13,950 nt of DNA, from contig JBKHIT010000087.1 in the NCBI GenBank assembly GCA_046538485.1, positions 1-13,950 on the forward strand, in the 5' to 3' direction. Position numbers and translations under genes: made by a program. Shown piece after piece: positions 9,230 to 13,950 of this stretch. Within the stretch, counting starts at the first letter, position 1, and the number at the start of each line of letters is the position of its first letter. The DNA is from Candidatus Brocadiia bacterium. Its GTDB lineage: Bacteria > Planctomycetota > Brocadiia > SM23-32. Under the pieces are notes generated by a model. It worked only from the letters and a program-made list of their open reading frames with translations, was not told the DNA's origin and did no database searches.

Positions 9230-9328
9230 GGGCTTTGGGCGTCCGGCACCGCCTGCTGGAGTCAGGAAGACGGCGCCAGTCTACTGGGCCCCGAACTTTA
9301 CCGTGACCTGATTTTCCCCATAATCGAC
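9230..9328 (+). pseudogene. Fragment resembling uroporphyrinogen decarboxylase/methyltransferase-like (URO-D superfamily) proteins
   Basis: GLWASGTACWSQEDGASLLGPELYRDLIFP resembles the W-x-PG...Q-x-D...LSP-x-LY-x-EF-x-x-P segment of URO-D-like proteins. Only about 33 codons within ORF 9203-9403. Confidence 0.45.
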
Positions 9329-9501
9329 AAAGCGGTGCGCGACAAGGTGCGAAACAAGGCGAGCACCAATTTGTCTCCCCGCTTCTTTCCAGACGGGGCC
9401 TAAGGCTGAATACTAAATAATTACACAGAACGATAAGCCGTTATCTTTAAGAGAAGATACTAACCTGAATAATCAGGCTAAAGCACAAGGAAAAAAATAT
9501 T

Positions 9502-10692
9502 ATGACCAATCAAACAGCTACTTTCAGTCCATCAAGCGATAACGCCAAAACATTGGCGCAGGATTACAGCGTAGTCTATCAAAATATCGATGGTGCCGCA
9601 CGCGGTCTCGATGGTCCGGGCATAGCCCGTTTACCAGGGGGTCTGCTGGTGGTGGCTCTTCCGGTCAAACAAAAGCCCAATTGGGTATGTCAGATTTTAT
9701 CCAGCAGGGACAATGGCAAGTCGTGGGAAGCGCTATCTACACTACCCTATTATTCCGCTACTCCCTGGGTGCATGAGGGCAAGCTTTATTTGTTCGCCAA
9801 CACAGAGTGCGCCACAATGCGTAATGGTGATATGCATCTGTTGTGCAGCGTCGACGGCGGCAAGTCATGGTCGGCACCGGTTACCATTGCCGAAGGTCAT
9901 TTATGGAATGTCCAGAGCGGTATGGTAAAAAAGGATAACAAGCTGTACTGGGCGGTAGATGACCTTGAACCCGGCAAGTCGCTGCGCGGCCCGCGAGTGG
10001 TATGTGGCGATTTATCCCGCGACCCCATGCAAGCCGCTGCCTGGCGACTCTCCAATGTGGTCCCCTTCCCCGGATTGCCGGATTCGCTGATGAACCCGGC
10101 CATCTCCGGTTCTTATCCCAGCGCCCGCATGCTCGAGCCCAATGTAATTGAAGTCAACGGCCGTATCCGCCTGCTCACGTGCGTGAAGCCGCCTATGCAG
10201 GCAACGACTAATCTCGCCGCGGTATTTGATCTGGAAGACGATGGACAGAGGCTGAATCTGGACTTCACCCAGTACCATCCCATGCCGGGTGGACAGGTGA
10301 AATTCTGTATTGTCAAGGATGAGACTACCGGTCTGTTCTGGATGACTGGCAACCTGGCAGTGGATGGTCAGGATATCTTTGCCTTCACTGATCCGGCCGA
10401 ACATCGAGGAGACGGTCCCTATAACGGTGCCATCGGCGGCAATGACCGGCGTTTCCTGATTTTGTTCTACGGATTGGATGGCCTGAACTGGTTCCAGGCC
10501 GGCTGCATTGCCAGGGCCCCGAGGCTTGCGCAATCGTTTATGTATCCCGCACACATCATTGACGGCGACGACTTGCTGGTCGTCGCCCGCTCGAGTATCG
10601 GCGGCGACAATCGGCATGACGCGGATACATGCACTTTTCATCGTGTACAGAAATTCCGCGAGCTCGCTATGAATCTTATGCAGGAAGATTAA
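9502..10692 (+). CDS. Asp-box/BNR-repeat sialidase-like beta-propeller protein (paralog 2)
   Basis: Asp boxes SSRDNGKSW and CSVDGGKSW. GDLSRDPMQAAAWRLS, LEPNVIEVNGRI, YHPMPGGQ, DGLNW and IDGDDLLVVARSS...HDADTCTFHRV all match paralog 1. AAGGA upstream. Confidence 0.78.
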   Translation: MTNQTATFSPSSDNAKTLAQDYSVVYQNIDGAARGLDGPGIARLPGGLLVVALPVKQKPNWVCQILSSRDNGKSWEALSTLPYYSATPWVHEGKLYLFANTECATMRNGDMHLLCSVDGGKSWSAPVTIAEGHLWNVQSGMVKKDNKLYWAVDDLEPGKSLRGPRVVCGDLSRDPMQAAAWRLSNVVPFPGLPDSLMNPAISGSYPSARMLEPNVIEVNGRIRLLTCVKPPMQATTNLAAVFDLEDDGQRLNLDFTQYHPMPGGQVKFCIVKDETTGLFWMTGNLAVDGQDIFAFTDPAEHRGDGPYNGAIGGNDRRFLILFYGLDGLNWFQAGCIARAPRLAQSFMYPAHIIDGDDLLVVARSSIGGDNRHDADTCTFHRVQKFRELAMNLMQED

Positions 10693-10715
10693 CCGAATTA
10701 ATGAAATAAATAAAA

Positions 10716-10946
10716 ATGCCTGAATCCAAAAACCTGATCGTGTTTATGGCCGAAGGAATGCCGGCCAAAGCAATCGGGGCTTTCGGACATCCGCAGATAA
10801 AGACTCCGAACCTTGATCGGCTGGCCGGCCAAAGCGCGGTCTTGCATCGCACCTATTGCACTCAACCGGTCTGTACTCCCGGCCGCGCCAGTCTTTTCAC
10901 CGGCCGCTATCCCCACGAAACATGCCCGGACAACGAACATAACCTG
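10716..10946 (+). pseudogene. Truncated 5' end of a sulfatase-family gene, paralog of 3889-5427
   Basis: KNLIVFMAEGM...CTPGRASLFTGRYPHETCPDNEHNL is 57/73 identical (hand alignment) to the N-terminus of the 3889 protein. Similarity stops after NEHNL, and the frame runs on as unrelated sequence to TAA 11183. Confidence 0.85.
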
Positions 10947-10947
10947 C

Positions 10948-11145
10948 CAGGTTCTTGTTTTGTTGCTGACTTTTCTCCCTCTCATGTCCTTCTGCCATCT
11001 TGTGCAACCCCACATCGGGCTTGGTCCTTCCCTGGCTCTGGGCTGGCCGATCCATCTTGCAACCCTTTCCCTGATAACTCGCATTCAGTGGCAACGCTCG
11101 TCAACTCAAGAAAAGAACGCGCAAGATCAGAAAGAGGTTGCTTGA
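10948..11145 (+). pseudogene. Possible orphan C-terminus of a membrane protein
   Basis: Reads QVLVLLLTFLPLMSFCHLVQPHIGLGPSLALGWPIHLATLSLITRIQWQRSSTQEKNAQDQKEVA*: two hydrophobic stretches, then a polar tail. Begins where sulfatase homology ends, in a different frame. Confidence 0.35.
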
Positions 11146-11211
11146 AAAACACTTTGTGGCTCTTAAACGCAATGATTTCATAAAGTTACCGGGTACTCGG
11201 GGGAGACTAAT

Positions 11212-11478
11212 TTCCTGATATTATTTGCCTTCGTCAATCTATCGAACGTGCTTTTGAGCAAAAAGACGTCCAGCCGGGCGTGGTTGTCCGGCGTTGGTTT
11301 TGTCGTCTCGACCTTTGCACTCGTTGCTCTTATTTGGCAAACTCTGTAAAAACATCCCTACAACATCCTTGTGCTCGTCGTGATGGTTGGTCTTTCCGTG
11401 ATGATTGAAGGACTGTATCGCATCTGCAAACCACGCGATATCAAACCGGCACATGATGAGAACAACAGTGATAAATAA
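11212..11478 (+). pseudogene. C-terminal remnant of an APC-family amino acid permease with internal stop
   Basis: Not in the ORF track. Reads FLILFAFVNLSNVLLSKKTSSRAWLSGVGFVVSTFALVALIWQTL*KHPYNILVLVVMVGLSVMIEGLYRICKPRDIKPAHDENNSDK*, three TM-like segments resembling APC permease C-termini. In-frame TAA at 11347-11349; no start or N-terminal part. Confidence 0.7.
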
Positions 11479-11499
11479 CCAGGAAAGAATGATCACAGT

Positions 11500-12633
11500 A
11501 TGAATACCCTGAAAGTTGCCGTTTTAGGATACGGTCGGAGCGGGAGTTCACTCCACGCGAACGCCATTGAAACATCACAAGATTTCGAAATGGCCGCGGT
11601 CTGTGATATCGACCCTGAACGAAGAACACAGGCGAGTGAACGCTTCGATTGTCCAACTTATGTAAAATATGAGAAGATGCTGGATCAGGAAGAACTCGAC
11701 CTGATCAGTATCGTCACTCGCACTGACCAACATTGTGAAATGACCTGCCGGTGCCTTGAGGCAGGGCACAATGTGCTGGTGACCAAACCATGGTGCGTCA
11801 ATGAGCAGGAAGCTCTGCACATGTGGAGTGTGGCACGGGAAACCGGACAAAGGCTTTTGCCATGGTTACCGGCAAGATGGGGTTGCGTATTCCGACGGGT
11901 CCAGGAGATTATTGAGTCCGGTGCCATAGGCGACGTGTTTTGCGTCCGACGTGCCGTTGGAGGGTTTGCGAGTCGAGATGACTGGCAGACGGAAAGTCAG
12001 TACGGGGGCGGATACCTGCTGAACTGGGGACCCCATATTATTGATACCGCCGTTCTGGCCGCGGGGGGGCAAGTGCACAAAGTGTATGGGTGGATGAAAC
12101 AGGTCATTATCCCCGGGGATACCGAGGATGTGTTCTTTGCGGATATCGAAATGGACGATGGAACTCGTGTTCTTGCCGAACGCACCGTCGCCGTAGAAAG
12201 TCCACCGTCCTGGTATGTTCAGGGGGACCACGGAACGTTGATAGCTCGGGACAAGGAGATAAAACTGTATTCTGGCGACCCGCATATGCCGGGGGACCCG
12301 ACGGATCATGGTGCTATGCAGAACTCGGAACCGGAAGAAACCCGCGAAGAGGTGGAGGGAGCACGGTGGGGCGACAGCGTGGAAATTTATGGCGACGTCG
12401 CCGCAGATTTGCGGGGAGAACAACCATTCCCTGTCACCGCCGAAGACGCGGTTGAACTGACCATTGTTATGGACGCTATCCGTTTTTCGGCGAAAAACTC
12501 CGGCGTGCTCGTCGGCGCGCCAGCCTTAGCCAGAAAGAAACGGCGGAACTCTTTGACTATTCACAGTCCGCCGTATCACAGTGGGAGGCCGGGCAGAGAA
12601 CCCCCCGGCCGGCTATACAGGATTGGATACTGA
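11500..12633 (+). CDS. Gfo/Idh/MocA-family oxidoreductase
   Basis: KVAVLGYGRSG, AVCDID, HNVLVTKP (EKP variant), IESGAIGDV, GGGYLLNWGPHIID. The last ~40 aa look like a non-homologous extension. Confidence 0.9.
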   Translation: MNTLKVAVLGYGRSGSSLHANAIETSQDFEMAAVCDIDPERRTQASERFDCPTYVKYEKMLDQEELDLISIVTRTDQHCEMTCRCLEAGHNVLVTKPWCVNEQEALHMWSVARETGQRLLPWLPARWGCVFRRVQEIIESGAIGDVFCVRRAVGGFASRDDWQTESQYGGGYLLNWGPHIIDTAVLAAGGQVHKVYGWMKQVIIPGDTEDVFFADIEMDDGTRVLAERTVAVESPPSWYVQGDHGTLIARDKEIKLYSGDPHMPGDPTDHGAMQNSEPEETREEVEGARWGDSVEIYGDVAADLRGEQPFPVTAEDAVELTIVMDAIRFSAKNSGVLVGAPALARKKRRNSLTIHSPPYHSGRPGREPPGRLYRIGY

Positions 12634-12654
12634 AAAGCATACAGGAGGAGAACG

Positions 12655-13071
12655 ATGCTAAATCGTAACGTCAAAGTGTGGCATCTGGTGGTTTTATTAT
12701 TGATTCTGGTGGTCATCGGTGTATCCACTGTAGTGATGTGGCGGCCAGGATCATCAACACCAGAGTGGAGTCCAGGCGAGACTCTGTCGTTGCCTCCGTA
12801 TACGGCGCACGTTATGGTGGTGAACCGCAAGGTCTACGATGATCTTATCGAGGCACGACGAAATAACGACGAAGCCGCACTCGAAGAAGCCGCTCGCGCG
12901 TCAGGCGGCGTTTACATGGCTACGTGGAAGGACACAATTACAGTCGTAGAAGTGGATGGTGATTTTGCAAAGCTCAAAATAGCTCGCGATACCCTCTTGC
13001 ATGGCGACAATACGACCGGGTGGACCCGAATGGATAATCCCGTTCCCGTGACTTTTTTGAACTCTAATTGA
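12655..13071 (+). CDS. Hypothetical membrane-anchored protein, possible C-terminal SH3-like domain
   Basis: RBS AGGAGGAG (12642-12649). N-terminal TM helix VWHLVVLLLILVVIGVSTVVMW. DTITVVEVDGDFAKLKI...TTGWT loosely resembles a bacterial SH3-like pattern. Confidence 0.7.
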   Translation: MLNRNVKVWHLVVLLLILVVIGVSTVVMWRPGSSTPEWSPGETLSLPPYTAHVMVVNRKVYDDLIEARRNNDEAALEEAARASGGVYMATWKDTITVVEVDGDFAKLKIARDTLLHGDNTTGWTRMDNPVPVTFLNSN

Positions 13072-13082
13072 GGAGAAATACG

Positions 13083-13271
13083 ATGCGTAACCTGACAGGC
13101 ATGCTAATCGTGATCACGCTGTGCGTTGGTGCGCTCGCCGCCGAAACATCGGCCGCGGATGCTGATATCGAAAACCTGAAGGATAAAACAAAGGCTTGCT
13201 ACGTGGCTCTGACAGTGGATAAGGGCGACACTCTACTGTTGCGTAACGTGCAAGTCTATGCGCCCAAATAA
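13083..13271 (+). CDS. Small hypothetical secreted protein (62 aa)
   Basis: RBS GAGGAG (13070-13075) overlaps the upstream stop. Signal-peptide-like MRNLTGMLIVITLCVGALA-A. Followed by a terminator. Confidence 0.55.
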   Translation: MRNLTGMLIVITLCVGALAAETSAADADIENLKDKTKACYVALTVDKGDTLLLRNVQVYAPK

Positions 13272-13292
13272 CGTCTGATTGTTGGTTGGCTT

Positions 13293-13330
13293 AGGACGCG
13301 TGCGGTGGACACCGGGCGCGTCCTTTTTTT
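13293..13330 (+). terminator. Rho-independent terminator
   Basis: AGGACGCG-TG-CGGTG-GA-CACCG-GG-CGCGTCCT stem followed by a T run (13324-13330), between convergent genes. Confidence 0.8.
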
Positions 13331-13835
13331 ATTTGTGTCGGCGCAAATCCCTCAAATCCTGCCAGGCCCAGACGACCTTGCCTATCAGTGCGTGCTCTTC
13401 TTCTCCGGGCTCCAGCACGATAGCTCCGTATGTGCTGTTCTCGCTTTCCAGTGTTACGCAATGATCGTGACACATCCACCATTTGATCACGACCTCGCTG
13501 TCCCGTTGTGCCAACGCTATGTGTCCGTCGACGGATGCCGGATCGTTGACGCTGCAATCAACAGCAATAATCGTGCCCTCCGGAAGCAGCGGTTCCATCG
13601 AATCCCCCTCCACCCGAACAGCCCTGACCTCGTGTCCCTCGGGGACGATTGACTCGTGGATGATCGCCCAGCTTTCGATCTCTTCGTCGATGACCCGCCC
13701 ATGACCGGCTGCCGCGGCCGAGCCCATCAATGGCACAGCGCGGTAATTCTCCAGGGCCTCTGTCTGTTCGACTTTTGCTCGGTCCCCCCATACCAGCGTC
13801 GGCTCGTGTACAGTCGTCGTATATTGTTCCTGCAA
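13329..13835 (-). CDS. Peptidase S24 domain protein (LexA/CI/UmuD-type C-terminal domain) without an N-terminal HTH; possibly a truncated phage repressor
   Basis: VPLMGSAAAGHG (Ala-Gly autocleavage-type site), RVEGDSMEP (catalytic Ser), VVIKW (catalytic Lys), LESEN, IGKVVW. Frame open upstream only to TAA at 13907-13905. Start uncertain. Confidence 0.82.
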   Translation of the reverse strand: MQEQYTTTVHEPTLVWGDRAKVEQTEALENYRAVPLMGSAAAAGHGRVIDEEIESWAIIHESIVPEGHEVRAVRVEGDSMEPLLPEGTIIAVDCSVNDPASVDGHIALAQRDSEVVIKWWMCHDHCVTLESENSTYGAIVLEPGEEEHALIGKVVWAWQDLRDLRRHK

Positions 13836-13950
13836 CCTATCCCCGAGCTCATCGATCAGATCGTCCGACGATAACTCACCGACTCTCCCCTCATAGCAGC
13901 CATTTTAAGGGGTAGTTTTACCAAAGAAAAGTCCTGATAGAAAAATGTCT

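Noticed and set aside
10947..11183. C-terminal half of the 155-aa ORF 10716-11183 as a genuine protein domain
   Set aside because: Read-through past the truncation point; no sulfatase motifs after NEHNL.
11239..11496. - strand 85-aa ORF
   Set aside because: Antisense to the better-supported APC permease remnant.
1..13950. CRISPR arrays, tRNA/rRNA genes, transposases, integrases
   Set aside because: No regularly spaced repeats, RNA gene signatures or recombinase motifs were seen by eye.

Overview
Bacterial, moderately GC-rich window. It begins with proC on the - strand. A divergent + strand catabolic cluster follows: GntR/FCD regulator, RraA-like aldolase, a frameshifted D-2-hydroxyacid (glycerate-type) dehydrogenase, an atypical sulfatase-family protein, a beta-hydroxyacid (GarR/GlxR-type) reductase, two paralogous Asp-box (sialidase-like) proteins each followed by a sulfatase gene (one intact, one truncated), and a Gfo/Idh/MocA oxidoreductase. 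Gene scraps are interspersed: a UROD-like fragment, a membrane-protein tail, and an APC permease C-terminus with an internal stop. The right end holds a small phage/mobile-like patch: a membrane-anchored protein, a small secreted protein, a terminator and an HTH-less S24 (LexA/CI/UmuD-like) peptidase. Most notable is the 3889-5427 sulfatase-fold protein. It keeps the CxPxR formylglycine motif but has replaced the metal-binding DD/DQ motif (AEGM) and both conserved catalytic His positions, and AEGM is retained in a synonymously diverged paralog at 10716. This may be an uncharacterised hydrolase subfamily in a cytoplasmic pathway for a sulfated or otherwise modified sugar acid. All family calls come from motif recognition by eye; no searches were run.
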